A stretch of 64,000 nt of DNA from NCBI GenBank assembly GCA_021813435.1, contig JAKAKR010000012.1, positions 9,982 to 73,981 of the forward strand. Reading direction: 5' to 3'. The position numbers were made by a program, and so were the translations under genes. Positions 10,625-20,950 of this stretch are shown here, in pieces. Numbering within the stretch: the first letter of the stretch is position 1; each line of letters begins with the position of its first letter. Below the pieces are notes generated by a model that was not told where the DNA came from, searched no databases, and saw nothing but the letters and a program-made list of their open reading frames with translations. The stretch comes from Nanobdellota archaeon. Lineage in GTDB: Archaea; Nanobdellota; Nanobdellia; Woesearchaeales; UBA9642.

Positions 10625-11685
10625 TTTAGCATGTTAATGATTCTTTCGGTAACCTTCTCTCCAAATGGGTTCATCCAGTCACGATCAGAATATATTAACT
10701 TCTCGGATGCTTTTTTTAGATTATCATATTCGTGATTAGAAAGTATTGATGCACCAACCTCAATTGTCTCAGGTCTTTCAGTGTTATCTCTCAAGGTGAT
10801 ACAAGGTGTTTTCAGTATGCATGATTCTTCTTGTATCCCTCCTGAATCTGTATAAACAATTTTGCTTTTAGAGATTAGAATTAGGGTGTCAAGATATTTT
10901 GTTGGTTCAATAACTTTGATAGATGTAGGTATAGTGATATGATATTTCGCAATGATATTGAGTGTTCTCGGATGTATTGGAAATACTATTTCTAACGAAT
11001 ATTCTTGGCTTATCCTATCAATTGACGATAAAAGTTGCGAAAGCTTCGTTGGATCATCAACATTCGAGGGTCTGTGCAATGTAAGTAAAGCAAAGTTATT
11101 TGATAAATTCAACGTATTTAATATTTCACTATTCTTATATGCAAGTTCTAGGTTACAATTGACTGCATCGGATATAGTATTCCCTGAAACTATTACCTTA
11201 TTCTCTGCGATTCCTTCCTTCAATAATATTTGTGCTTGTATACGCGTGGGGCAAAATAAATAGTCGGATATGTGGTCAACGAGTATGCGATTCTTTTCTT
11301 CCGGCATAGTATTATCATAGCTGCGCAGACCTGCTTCTATATGGACTAGTTTTATGTTCAATTTCGAAGCAGTCAAAGCGCCCGCTAAAGTGCTGTTGGT
11401 ATCACCTTGTACAATTACGTAAGTCGGCTGCTCTTTGATCAATATCGGTTCGATTTTTTGCATCATTGTTCCAGTTTGCTGGGCGTGGCTTGCTGATCCA
11501 ATATTTAAATTATATTTCGGATTAGGTAGCATTAATTCCCGAAAAAAAACAGAGTCCATATTTTCATCATAGTGCTGATTAGTATGGATAATAAAAAAAT
11601 TTATTTTTTTATTGAGGAGTTCTCTAATAATCGGACTAAATTTTATTATTTCTGGTCTAGTCCCTAAAACAATACAAATCATCAT
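10621..11685 (-). CDS. wecB: UDP-N-acetylglucosamine 2-epimerase (non-hydrolysing)
   Basis: GTRPEIIK, QGDTNS, HIEAGLRS, TDSGGIQEE, TERPE motifs. Confidence 0.95.
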   Translation of the reverse strand: MMICIVLGTRPEIIKFSPIIRELLNKKINFFIIHTNQHYDENMDSVFFRELMLPNPKYNLNIGSASHAQQTGTMMQKIEPILIKEQPTYVIVQGDTNSTLAGALTASKLNIKLVHIEAGLRSYDNTMPEEKNRILVDHISDYLFCPTRIQAQILLKEGIAENKVIVSGNTISDAVNCNLELAYKNSEILNTLNLSNNFALLTLHRPSNVDDPTKLSQLLSSIDRISQEYSLEIVFPIHPRTLNIIAKYHITIPTSIKVIEPTKYLDTLILISKSKIVYTDSGGIQEESCILKTPCITLRDNTERPETIEVGASILSNHEYDNLKKASEKLIYSDRDWMNPFGEKVTERIINMLK

Positions 11686-13463
11686 TTTAACCCCAATTTA
11701 CCTATACAATATGTTATTGATTCTGTCGCATAAACACTCACAGTTAATACACCTGCAATAGGATGCACAACCCAAGCAAAATTTCTATCCTTAAAAATCA
11801 TATAAACAGACTCTATGAATGGTCCCACAAATGTTGCCAAATAAATAATCGATAATACAAATTTAATGTTACTAGTATCTCTCATCCAGATACTTCCGAT
11901 ATTTCTGTCATAACGCCATAACACTTTACTCACTATCTTTTTTCTTTTTTTTACAAAATCAGTTAAAGAGTTGGCATAATAGTGATAGATGTATGCATTA
12001 TTAGGTATTGCGTAAGTACTATATCCTTTTGTACGCAAATAATTTACGAAATTGGCTTCTTCAAAAATCGAGGTATCTTTCCAGTATTTACTCACCAGGG
12101 TTTTGTTCCATAAAAATCCATTTGCTCCCGTAATATACGGTTTGTCGGGCATTTGAAAAATTAAAGAATAATATTTCTTATGCACCACTGTTCTAGGTGG
12201 AGTGCACAGCATTCGAGCAAGAGGGTCAGAAATTCTTAGAAGTGTACAATATTTATTAATTAACGTCATATTTGTATTTATTGTCATCTTTGATTCAACG
12301 CCAATAATATTTGTTTCGTTATGCATGGCGTATATCATGTTCAGTAACCAATATTCATTTGTGATTATATTATCGGAGTCTAGAAGTATAAAATATTCAG
12401 TTGTACATTTTTTTATACCTACCGCTTTCCCATATTCTGCTATACGATGGGGATTGTTCTCAATTTTAACATCATATTTCTTTGCGATATTCAAGGTATC
12501 ATCTTTCGAACCGCCATCGATTATTATTACATCGAATTTGTTTTTAGGATACTTTTGCATAAAAATTCCGTTCAAACAATCTACAAAGTATTTATCAGAG
12601 TTATAAGTCGTAATTATAAAAGTTACTGGAGGGTAATGTGACAACATCGGCTGACTTTCAATGTAACTTTTTAATCCCTTTTTAAAAGAAATGAACTCAT
12701 TCAATTTTAGGACAAAAAGCCCGAATAAAAGTAATGGATGCAATAATCCATTTATTAACACCTTAAAAGGACTGAATCTCTTAAAAATATTGCGTTGATT
12801 ATTTGAAATAACACGATTCTTTTTTTGATACAAATAAAAATATTTTGCGTAATCTTCCTTCTTTTTTTTGATATTTGAAATATTTAGCTCACCTTCATCA
12901 TGCATTAATAATAGTTTTGTACGATATATCTTGTTGGTATATTTTCGAATTCTATTGTTTAAATCCCAATCTTCAAAAGCATTTAAGTCTTCATCATACC
13001 CCCCGATTTTTAAAAAGACTTTTTTATCGAAAAATCTTGCTGCTTCTATTAAATCATTCCCAACGTAAAAGCTTCTCTCAAACGCCTTAACTTTAGCCCA
13101 ATACCCGATACCGATGGATTTCTCGGGAAGGATTATTGCTTTGCAATTCGTCTGCTCAGCAAGCTCAACGCATTCCTTCACAGAATCTTTATGAAAATAA
13201 ATATCTGAGTCATGAATAAGCAAATACCTTCCTTTAGATTTTTTTGCACCAAAATTTCGCTGTGCACTTCGTTCAGGACCTTTCGTATAGAATTTATCTG
13301 CATATTTTTTTGCTATTTCTGGTGTCTTGTCAGTACTGTTATTATCAACCACAATTAATTCAATATGTCTATAACTTTGATTCTTAATTGTTCTCAAACA
13401 TCTTTCCAAAGTTCTTCCGGAGTTCTTTGTTGTTATGATAACCGAAACTAATGGCTTATCCAT
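11682..13463 (-). CDS. Tandem two-domain GT2 glycosyltransferase
   Basis: Two GT2 N-terminal signatures: SVIITTKN..VDNNSTD..HDSD and TFIITTYN..IDGGSKD..LDSD. Confidence 0.85.
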   Translation of the reverse strand: MDKPLVSVIITTKNSGRTLERCLRTIKNQSYRHIELIVVDNNSTDKTPEIAKKYADKFYTKGPERSAQRNFGAKKSKGRYLLIHDSDIYFHKDSVKECVELAEQTNCKAIILPEKSIGIGYWAKVKAFERSFYVGNDLIEAARFFDKKVFLKIGGYDEDLNAFEDWDLNNRIRKYTNKIYRTKLLLMHDEGELNISNIKKKKEDYAKYFYLYQKKNRVISNNQRNIFKRFSPFKVLINGLLHPLLLFGLFVLKLNEFISFKKGLKSYIESQPMLSHYPPVTFIITTYNSDKYFVDCLNGIFMQKYPKNKFDVIIIDGGSKDDTLNIAKKYDVKIENNPHRIAEYGKAVGIKKCTTEYFILLDSDNIITNEYWLLNMIYAMHNETNIIGVESKMTINTNMTLINKYCTLLRISDPLARMLCTPPRTVVHKKYYSLIFQMPDKPYITGANGFLWNKTLVSKYWKDTSIFEEANFVNYLRTKGYSTYAIPNNAYIYHYYANSLTDFVKKRKKIVSKVLWRYDRNIGSIWMRDTSNIKFVLSIIYLATFVGPFIESVYMIFKDRNFAWVVHPIAGVLTVSVYATESITYCIGKLGLK

Positions 13464-14491
13464 TTCTCAAGCCTCCCGATGTTTTTGTTCCAGTCTGCGT
13501 GTGTTCTTGCAAATGTTATTGATTCGGTAGCATGATATTGTGGATTTTCAATCATCTTGTCCATTGCAGTGCGCATTTCTTTAATATTCCTGCACATAAT
13601 TCCTGTCTTATTGGCGTCGCGTAGTCCGGGGACGTCATAGGTTATAGCTATTGTCCCATTCGCATTGGCTTCAGTCACGATGAGTCCCCACCCTTCACGT
13701 ACTGAGGTCACAAGTATCGCAAGACTTTTTGCCATAATCTTATCCCGCTCCATTAAACCAATCTGTCCAGTAAATACGACCTTTTGTTCCAGATGAAGTT
13801 TTCTTACGAGGCGCATAAGATCTTTTTTATAATCGCCATCACCAATAACATACAATTTCGCATCAACATCAACCATTGCCCGTATTGCATCCTGCGCCCG
13901 TTTGCTCTTCTTGAGCCTGCCACAAAACACGAATGCATGCTCCTTATCAGAAACATTCGACATTGGCGTAAAATCAATCTGGTTTTCAAGAACCAATATC
14001 TCTTTTGGATTCATCCAGGCATAAGAGACTAAATCATTCTTAGTGGAGTTTGAGACAACAAATGCGCGTGTACATGCATATAATTTTAGATAACACCATT
14101 CACAAACAATGCCGATTGTTGCAACGGCAATATTTTTTTCATAAAACCATACATCAAGCGCTAATTGGTGAAAAAACGCAACTCTCTTCTTGCGTGGAAC
14201 ATAGAGTGGGGTAAAAAATGGGACAGTATTCACCTGATCAATTACTAAATCATAATTACCTCGCTTATAAAATTTGTAGGCTTCAATATATACTGAGAGC
14301 GGGGTCCCAGAGCGGGCAATCGTATATCCATGATAATTCTCAGATTTTCTTGAGCCCTGAAACCTGCTTGAAAACAATGTAACAGAATGGCCTTCTCGAG
14401 CAAGTCCCGCAAGATAATTATCAGTCACGATCTCAGCACCGCCCTTAAGCGGATTCTTCATATCCCTCCATGCGAGCATGAGGATGTTCAT
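13448..14491 (-). CDS. Glycosyltransferase family 4
   Basis: WRDMKNPLKGGAE, GRLKKSK, SVREGWGLIVTEA motifs. Confidence 0.9.
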   Translation of the reverse strand: MNILMLAWRDMKNPLKGGAEIVTDNYLAGLAREGHSVTLFSSRFQGSRKSENYHGYTIARSGTPLSVYIEAYKFYKRGNYDLVIDQVNTVPFFTPLYVPRKKRVAFFHQLALDVWFYEKNIAVATIGIVCEWCYLKLYACTRAFVVSNSTKNDLVSYAWMNPKEILVLENQIDFTPMSNVSDKEHAFVFCGRLKKSKRAQDAIRAMVDVDAKLYVIGDGDYKKDLMRLVRKLHLEQKVVFTGQIGLMERDKIMAKSLAILVTSVREGWGLIVTEANANGTIAITYDVPGLRDANKTGIMCRNIKEMRTAMDKMIENPQYHATESITFARTHADWNKNIGRLEKWISH

Positions 14492-15234
14492 TTGTTCTGA
14501 TAATACCTCAATATGTAGTATCTATACCATATCGCTAATGTGTCGATGAGCATTCCGCGCACTGTCTTGGTGTTTATTCCAGTGCCCGAATTCTTATAAT
14601 CAAGAGTGATAGGTGCCTCCACAATCCGGAATCCATGCTTATGGGCAAGAAAACATAATTCCAGATCAAAAGCATATTGTTTTACCAAGATATACGGCAT
14701 GATAATTTTTAGGACATCGCGCTTCATGAGTTTCAGTCCAGTCTGGGTATCATGCAATTTAAGTCCAAAAAACACGCGGATAAACATTGAATACCAAAAT
14801 GATAGTACGCGCCGAAAGAACGGATACTGCAGTTTAGAGAATGGATGCCTTTTTGATCCGACGACCATATCAGCTGCTGAAAGATAGGGATACATCCGCT
14901 TGAGTTGCAAGGGATCAATATCCATATCCGCATCAAGAAACGTAACCAATTCACCCGTCGATGCCTCAAATCCCTTCTTTAATGCATAACCCTTCCCATG
15001 ATTAGTCTTATAAGAAATGATCTTAATCCCTACAACCTTGCGCGCCTCGCGATAAGTATTATCCACATGCCCATCAATAACTAAGATAATCTCATAATCA
15101 GATACTACGCCCGAAAGCTTGCGCTTAATAACCTCAAGATTATTCCGGATAGTACGCCCTTCCCGATATGCAGGGATAATAATGCTTAATTTTTTCGACT
15201 GCATATAATAAAACCCCCTCGAAAGGAAAATCAA
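14488..15234 (-). CDS. GT2, dolichol-phosphate glycosyltransferase-like
   Basis: IIIPAYRE, NHGKGYA, FLDADMD, DTQTGLK, FDLE motifs. Confidence 0.9.
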   Translation of the reverse strand: MIFLSRGFYYMQSKKLSIIIPAYREGRTIRNNLEVIKRKLSGVVSDYEIILVIDGHVDNTYREARKVVGIKIISYKTNHGKGYALKKGFEASTGELVTFLDADMDIDPLQLKRMYPYLSAADMVVGSKRHPFSKLQYPFFRRVLSFWYSMFIRVFFGLKLHDTQTGLKLMKRDVLKIIMPYILVKQYAFDLELCFLAHKHGFRIVEAPITLDYKNSGTGINTKTVRGMLIDTLAIWYRYYILRYYQNK

Positions 15235-15242
15235 TACATCAT

Positions 15243-16535
15243 TTATAAATGTTTATGTTTTTTTGAGGACCGCAGCGTATAGAAAAAGAGACATACAAAT
15301 AGGGCCCCCAGAACAAGCAGCATCATCAGAATCACCAAGAAGAGACTGGTATGAAAAAGAAAGATAAGACCGATCTCTACAATAATCGCACCGATAACAT
15401 AATAGATGAACGCGTAACGTTTCAGGGCAAGATTATACATAATCATGATCTGATTTAAGGAATACAATCCGAAAGCAAGACCATAAAACCCGATAAGTCC
15501 AGAGATATCATATGCCGCGCCGTAGAACAAACGAACAATAATGTGAGGAATATAAAAATACAAGAGTGTTATTGCACCAACAATAAGTGCAGCATAGCCA
15601 AGCGTACTCTTGAATAGTTTAAATGTATCCTTACCCCGCGCATGCAAGTAAACAACTTTAGGGAACATAACCCCGACAAAGAACCCCGACGCAAACCAGA
15701 CGATTTTTGCAATATTGTCCGCGGCAGCAAAAAAACCTGCCTCGCGACTGCTAAAAAAGTGTTTAACAAGAAGGATATCAATCGTAATGAGCAGTGCAGG
15801 AATAAGAGTAGTTATAAGAACGGGAACAGCGTATTTGAGTACGTCAAGATGCTTGATCTTCTTCGGACGAACTTTACGCAATCGCAAAAGTGCAAAAAAC
15901 CCCACAATAAACGCAATAATAATCCCTGCAACAACTCCACCAATGGCTCCTGCAATACCAAAGCCGAGGACAACAAAAAGTATACCCAACACAAGCTTCA
16001 AGCCACTGCTGATGATACTCGTCACATTCTGATAGAGGAACCGCTGCAAGCCATTCAGATAGCCGCCAATGACTGCAAAAAGGATACTCACAAATCCCAG
16101 CACACCCACAAGGATTAAACCTGCAGCAACATCAAGCTTGAGAAATCGTGCAATCATTGGAACCAAAAGGATAAATAACCCGAGAAGAATGATCCCGATG
16201 ATCGTAAGATACCGAAAACTGCTCGTAATAAGGGTGCGGAGTCGTCCATAATCCTTGCGTGCACGATACGTTGCCGTATAATGGGAGATTACTGTCGTGA
16301 TAGTCCCTCCACCGATTTGGACAATATAGATGAATGCAAAAAGACTTCCTAAAACACCGTATGTCTCTGGACCTAGTGTACGACCCATATAGATCTGATA
16401 CAAGTAATTTGCAATTGAGGAGAATAACGAACCAAAAAGGAATATGCCGCTTGCAAGAAGCAAACCATCATCCTTATCCAATATCCGTTTAATATATTTT
16501 CTCATGACTATCAATCTCTCCCGCATCTTCTGCAA
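15243..16535 (-). CDS. Oligosaccharide flippase (Wzx/MOP family)
   Basis: About 12 TMs, YMGRTLGPETYG and DILLVKHFF..AG.F motifs. Confidence 0.9.
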   Translation of the reverse strand: MQKMRERLIVMRKYIKRILDKDDGLLLASGIFLFGSLFSSIANYLYQIYMGRTLGPETYGVLGSLFAFIYIVQIGGGTITTVISHYTATYRARKDYGRLRTLITSSFRYLTIIGIILLGLFILLVPMIARFLKLDVAAGLILVGVLGFVSILFAVIGGYLNGLQRFLYQNVTSIISSGLKLVLGILFVVLGFGIAGAIGGVVAGIIIAFIVGFFALLRLRKVRPKKIKHLDVLKYAVPVLITTLIPALLITIDILLVKHFFSSREAGFFAAADNIAKIVWFASGFFVGVMFPKVVYLHARGKDTFKLFKSTLGYAALIVGAITLLYFYIPHIIVRLFYGAAYDISGLIGFYGLAFGLYSLNQIMIMYNLALKRYAFIYYVIGAIIVEIGLIFLFHTSLFLVILMMLLVLGALFVCLFFYTLRSSKKHKHL

Positions 16536-17397
16536 GGGCGAAATACTTCAATAAATATCCAAATATAAGGACTGTTCCAAGATAGAGCGTTAACACACGG
16601 ATCACTGACGATAAACCAAGGATTGTTCCCACACCAAAAACTAACAGCAGGGCAATGCCGACAAATAAAAACACCCTGCTAAAAAATAGTCGACCGGTAT
16701 GCACAAACGCAAATGCTGTTGTATAATTTTTACGCAATTCTCCAAACTCCAAGAGAACACCGATGACCAGAAAATAGAACGCATAAATCGCTGCAGCCTC
16801 AGCGCCATTATTAAATTTATAGATCAAAAGAAACGGACAAAGCCAAAGTAAAAGGATTGCGGGAAGGATCATATAACGCGCATCAATACGATACGCGAAA
16901 AATAGTATTCCTGCTAATACAAAACAGACAAAAAGCAGCTCCACATTCAGTGCCTTCCATAGTCCGGTATAAAACAAGAGGGTAAACACCCCAATGATAC
17001 TGTAAGAGGCGATAAGCACCAACGCGGAAAAATGATGCTGTATGAACAGCAGCAATCGCTGAAACACCCGAACAATAGATTTGAATAATGAAAGAAAAAA
17101 AGATGAAAACGCAAACCTTCGTGCATGTGATTTATGAGGATGCACGTCATGATGATAAACGCGATGGGTGGAATGCAAGCGTGATTGCAATCGATCAAAA
17201 AATGCAAGAATCCGCGCAATGTCTATATATGCAAGAATAGTCAACAATAAGATAAATGCAAGTGCAAAACTTACCCGGATAGAAAGACCAGGAAAAAGCA
17301 GTGCAGGCTTGAGCAGAGCATATGCTTCAAGAACAATAAGTCCGATAAGTAGGTATAAGAGGTAAGATCGATAGTTGCGCAAAATTCCCCCCATCAT
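16489..17397 (-). CDS. Uncharacterised polytopic membrane protein heading the glycosylation operon
   Basis: Multiple TMs, His-rich loop, overlaps the flippase start. Confidence 0.65.
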   Translation of the reverse strand: MMGGILRNYRSYLLYLLIGLIVLEAYALLKPALLFPGLSIRVSFALAFILLLTILAYIDIARILAFFDRLQSRLHSTHRVYHHDVHPHKSHARRFAFSSFFLSLFKSIVRVFQRLLLFIQHHFSALVLIASYSIIGVFTLLFYTGLWKALNVELLFVCFVLAGILFFAYRIDARYMILPAILLLWLCPFLLIYKFNNGAEAAAIYAFYFLVIGVLLEFGELRKNYTTAFAFVHTGRLFFSRVFLFVGIALLLVFGVGTILGLSSVIRVLTLYLGTVLIFGYLLKYFALAEDAGEIDSHEKIY

Positions 17398-17489
17398 CGT
17401 GGATACAGACGGATTATTTATAAAATTAACGTTTGGAGAGAGTTCAGGAAGAGGATAAACTATATAAAGATGTGCATGATAGGGTTATC

Positions 17490-17894
17490 ATGCGTTTCAC
17501 CCGTATTACTATTATCAGGATCCATCATCCGGATTCAGACAATATCAATGAGGAGTTGCAGTATCTCGGGCATTCACTCGGACTATTCAGCGAGCGCGAC
17601 AAGGACAAGAGCTGCTATCGCATCTTTGTCATACTCATCAAGGCATTGAAAACCAGAAAACAGCTCACGAGCGACGATATCGCAGCGCTCACGCATCTTT
17701 CCCGCGGAACAGTCATCCACCATCTCACAAGGCTCATGGAAGCAGGGATCGTCACGAACCAGAAGAATTATTACATCCTCTCAGTCGATAATATGGCGGA
17801 GCTCGTGGATCTTGTCAAGAAGAATCTCGATAAAACATTTACCCAGTTGCAGGGGATCGCAAAGAATATCGATAAGAAACTCGCGCTTGAATAA
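17490..17894 (+). CDS. Winged-helix (ArsR-like) transcription regulator
   Basis: LTSDDIA..LSRGTVIHHLTRL HTH; ATG at 17490 about 25 nt after the TTATATAAA box (track start 17433). Confidence 0.8.
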   Translation: MRFTRITIIRIHHPDSDNINEELQYLGHSLGLFSERDKDKSCYRIFVILIKALKTRKQLTSDDIAALTHLSRGTVIHHLTRLMEAGIVTNQKNYYILSVDNMAELVDLVKKNLDKTFTQLQGIAKNIDKKLALE

Positions 17895-17921
17895 TAATTC
17901 TAAAAAACATCAGCAATACTA

Positions 17922-18125
17922 TTACAGTGCTTTAGAGAGCGTTTTGATATGATTATTGAGCGTGTTGATGCATTCAACAATATGCGCCTGTGCCTGTTCA
18001 ACAGTAATCTTGTCATTTTTAAATTGTGCCGCCTTGTCATAAAGGGTCGAAGCATCAACCGTCATACCCCTACTTGTAGCTTCCATAACACGAACCATTG
18101 CATTTTTATCCATGTAAATCACCAC
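17922..18125 (-). CDS. Small hypothetical helical protein
   Basis: Protein-like composition, GGTGAT SD, fills the gap between convergent genes. Confidence 0.5.
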   Translation of the reverse strand: MVIYMDKNAMVRVMEATSRGMTVDASTLYDKAAQFKNDKITVEQAQAHIVECINTLNNHIKTLSKAL

Positions 18126-18256
18126 GCTATCCCTTGCGGGAAGTCATATAAATAGTTTACGAAAAAGGTCGCAGATATACTATCAGGAGAATATATGAAG
18201 CAAGGGATATAGCAGGGGAGAGAATTATATAAAAAAGAAGAATGAAAAAGAATAAT

Positions 18257-18475
18257 CTAATTGCGCTTGACTTCGATGGGGATGACGCCTGCCTCGAATT
18301 CGAGCTTTGCAATCTCGAGCGGATCATAATGCAATTCCTCGAGTCGCTTGGGAGTCAATTTGACGAGAAGTGGCGCGCCCATGGATATCTGGAGTGATCG
18401 TGCACCGATGATGCGTGCGCGTTCATATTTGGTCAATCGATCAAGAGGCCAATTGATATCATTCATAGGATTCAC
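18257..18475 (-). CDS. rpoK: DNA-directed RNA polymerase subunit K (Rpo6)
   Basis: [22 protein letters not shown] signature. Confidence 0.95.
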   Translation of the reverse strand: MNPMNDINWPLDRLTKYERARIIGARSLQISMGAPLLVKLTPKRLEELHYDPLEIAKLEFEAGVIPIEVKRN

Positions 18476-19286
18476 CTGTTCTGGGAACTAAAGAATCCTT
18501 TATAAGTTTTCTTATTTCCGTAGCTTTTGCGAGTGCAAGCGTAAGCATCTTGTCGATGTCGGGTATCGTGAGTGTCCCGTATCCGCCTTTCTGCAATGCG
18601 CAAAGATTCCCATCGTCAGTGGTGGTGACGGTAAGCCGCGTATCGCAGGACTGCTCCTCGCTCTCCTGGGGATCGACAATGAAGAATCCGCCGATCTTAG
18701 AGACTGTGACTGCAATAGGGATTTTAGCAAGCGGAATCTTTTCTGCAGTCCGCTTCTTGTAGTTGATCTTATCATTTTCGACTGCGGGAAATGTTGCAGA
18801 AAGAATGGCCGCAACCGCTGCCATGCTTCCGACATCGAAGAGGTTTCCGTCATCGTTGATCGGACAAATATCGACATTGATTGTCCAGACCTTCTCACCT
18901 GCCTGGATACAGAGTCGCTTATTATCCAATGATTTGCTCTCCCTGATCCCGCGGTCAATCACGCGTGCAACCTCGATTGCATATGCATCCGGTGGTCCGC
19001 TTTCGTAACGGGGATTGCTGAGCGGCAAGAGCTCTGCGCCAACCATAAGGATTCCTTCATTGGGAGTATCCGGGTATGGTTTTTCCATAGTCATCTTGAC
19101 TCCTGCAATAACCTCAGTGTTTCCGCACTTTACCTGCGCTGATCCTTCTGCAGTTTCGATGAGTCCTGTCCGGACCTCTATAGGCCGAAACTCTGTCATG
19201 CTGCGCCCGTCATAACGAACGCCTTTAGTAAGGCATTCAATAATATGTTTTTTTGTTTCAATATCTACCATGGTCATCATCCTCAT
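18459..19286 (-). CDS. rrp42: Exosome complex component Rrp42
   Basis: [40 protein letters not shown]. Confidence 0.95.
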   Translation of the reverse strand: MRMMTMVDIETKKHIIECLTKGVRYDGRSMTEFRPIEVRTGLIETAEGSAQVKCGNTEVIAGVKMTMEKPYPDTPNEGILMVGAELLPLSNPRYESGPPDAYAIEVARVIDRGIRESKSLDNKRLCIQAGEKVWTINVDICPINDDGNLFDVGSMAAVAAILSATFPAVENDKINYKKRTAEKIPLAKIPIAVTVSKIGGFFIVDPQESEEQSCDTRLTVTTTDDGNLCALQKGGYGTLTIPDIDKMLTLALAKATEIRKLIKDSLVPRTGESYE

Positions 19287-19291
19287 CAGTA

Positions 19292-20164
19292 TTATCCCTG
19301 AGTCAAATCCGCTCCGGTATCTGTCGAGTCGGATTCATTATCTGCAGGTGCAGTTTGTGTAGTCGCTCCACTGTTTCCGTTGCCTGCGCTCTGTCCATTG
19401 TGTCCGTTGTTTCCGTTCAAGCCTTCGCCGGTTTCGCCATGAAATTTTTGCTTGAGCGCATTGCGCTGGATTGCAGAGATCTGGGGTATTGCCGCAGCTG
19501 CCTTGTGCAATGCTTCCATGAGCGCCTCGCGATTCACGATTCCATCCATCTGAAGGAGTGTGATCTCTCCAGTCGAGGGGACCATTGCGACCGGGATATC
19601 TGCGACGTGTTCAGAATCCACATGATCGACAAATTCCGGGAGGTGTTCCTCCTCGTAGTTCAAGTCGACAATGACGCGGTTGTCTGCCTGTCCGACTGCA
19701 ACTGCAGAAACAAGATCGCGCATTGCAAGTCCTGCGTCAGCAAGCGCAATTGCTGCAGCATTGATTCCGCAGCAGCGTGATCCTGCATCAGTCTGGGGCA
19801 ACTCGATGAATACATCAACGACTGCATTCGGGTAATCATCAAGATTGAGGACTGTGGATAATGCCTTTTCTGAGACCATGCTGATCTCTTTACTTCTCCT
19901 CGAGGGACCGGGCCTGACGCGTTCACCTGCGCCAGAAAATGGCATCATATTATAATTCACGCGCAAAATCCCTTTCTTGGGGTCCTGCATGAATTTCGGG
20001 AATAATTCCCGGGGACCATAGACTGCAGCATATGCCACAGTTTTTCCCATCTTGAAATATGCTGATCCATCAGCTTTAGGGATAACGCCTGCCTTTGCCT
20101 CTATTGGCCGGAGTTCGTCAAATCCTCGTCCGTCAACGCGTTTATTGTAAACCATTGTAATCAC
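19292..20164 (-). CDS. rrp41: Exosome complex exonuclease Rrp41
   Basis: RVDGR..ELRP, AVYGPRE, GPSRRSKEIS, DAGSR, LLQMDG; low-complexity C-terminal tail. Confidence 0.95.
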   Translation of the reverse strand: MITMVYNKRVDGRGFDELRPIEAKAGVIPKADGSAYFKMGKTVAYAAVYGPRELFPKFMQDPKKGILRVNYNMMPFSGAGERVRPGPSRRSKEISMVSEKALSTVLNLDDYPNAVVDVFIELPQTDAGSRCCGINAAAIALADAGLAMRDLVSAVAVGQADNRVIVDLNYEEEHLPEFVDHVDSEHVADIPVAMVPSTGEITLLQMDGIVNREALMEALHKAAAAIPQISAIQRNALKQKFHGETGEGLNGNNGHNGQSAGNGNSGATTQTAPADNESDSTDTGADLTQG

Positions 20165-20870
20165 CTTTCTCTCCAGTCATGTCCAGTTTTACGCCAGTCT
20201 TTTCCTCGAGGAATGTCTTGATGCGCTCGGTAAGTCCTGAGTAATGACTCTCTGACTCAATCTTCATGATGGTCTCGACCGCAATGTTTTCCTTAGCAGG
20301 CTCTCCGTCAACCCAGATGAGCCCGTTTTGTCCGACGATGATGCGGCAGCCGGTTGCCTGCTTGATCATAGTCACCATTGATCCCTTCTTTCCGATGATT
20401 CGCGGGACCTTATGGGTATTGACATAGATGATGCGTCCGCCCTTCAGCTTGCGCAGTCCCTGATCACGGACACTCAAGTCGACAAGGTTCTGGCTGGTGA
20501 CGTTCGTTATCTTTGCGACCAGATACTCGTCCAGATTGAAATAACGGGTGAGGTCCTCGTTCTTCTCGATGAATTCGGGCGTCTCTTTGCTGGAGAGCAT
20601 TGCCTGATAGGGGCTATTGATCTCGACGCGCCATCCCATCATGAGAATGTCGATCACTTTTCCGATGACAATATCATTGCGCTTGGGCAGATACTTTCCG
20701 GATACCGGAATGATCTTGAGCACTTTTCCCTCGACATTGACGAGGCCGAGTCGCGATGCGATGATCTTTGTTGCCTGGCGATAGCTGCCATATCCCGGGA
20801 TATATCCCATTCCTTCAGCAAGGGTGTCTCCCGGAACCACCACTTCTTTGTCTTGTACTAATATAGTCAT
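20142..20870 (-). CDS. rrp4: Exosome RNA-binding protein Rrp4
   Basis: VVPGD, S1 domain, KH motif KVPRIIGKKGSM, GQNG, HYSGLT; start moved to MTILVQ (track start 20951). Confidence 0.93.
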   Translation of the reverse strand: MTILVQDKEVVVPGDTLAEGMGYIPGYGSYRQATKIIASRLGLVNVEGKVLKIIPVSGKYLPKRNDIVIGKVIDILMMGWRVEINSPYQAMLSSKETPEFIEKNEDLTRYFNLDEYLVAKITNVTSQNLVDLSVRDQGLRKLKGGRIIYVNTHKVPRIIGKKGSMVTMIKQATGCRIIVGQNGLIWVDGEPAKENIAVETIMKIESESHYSGLTERIKTFLEEKTGVKLDMTGEKGDYNGLQ

Positions 20871-20950
20871 GTATATCAACTCCGTGTTGTTTAAGCGTGA
20901 AAAGCGTGCGGGTGTAATGATGCGGCACGCATTGCGCGCCCGCGATGGCA

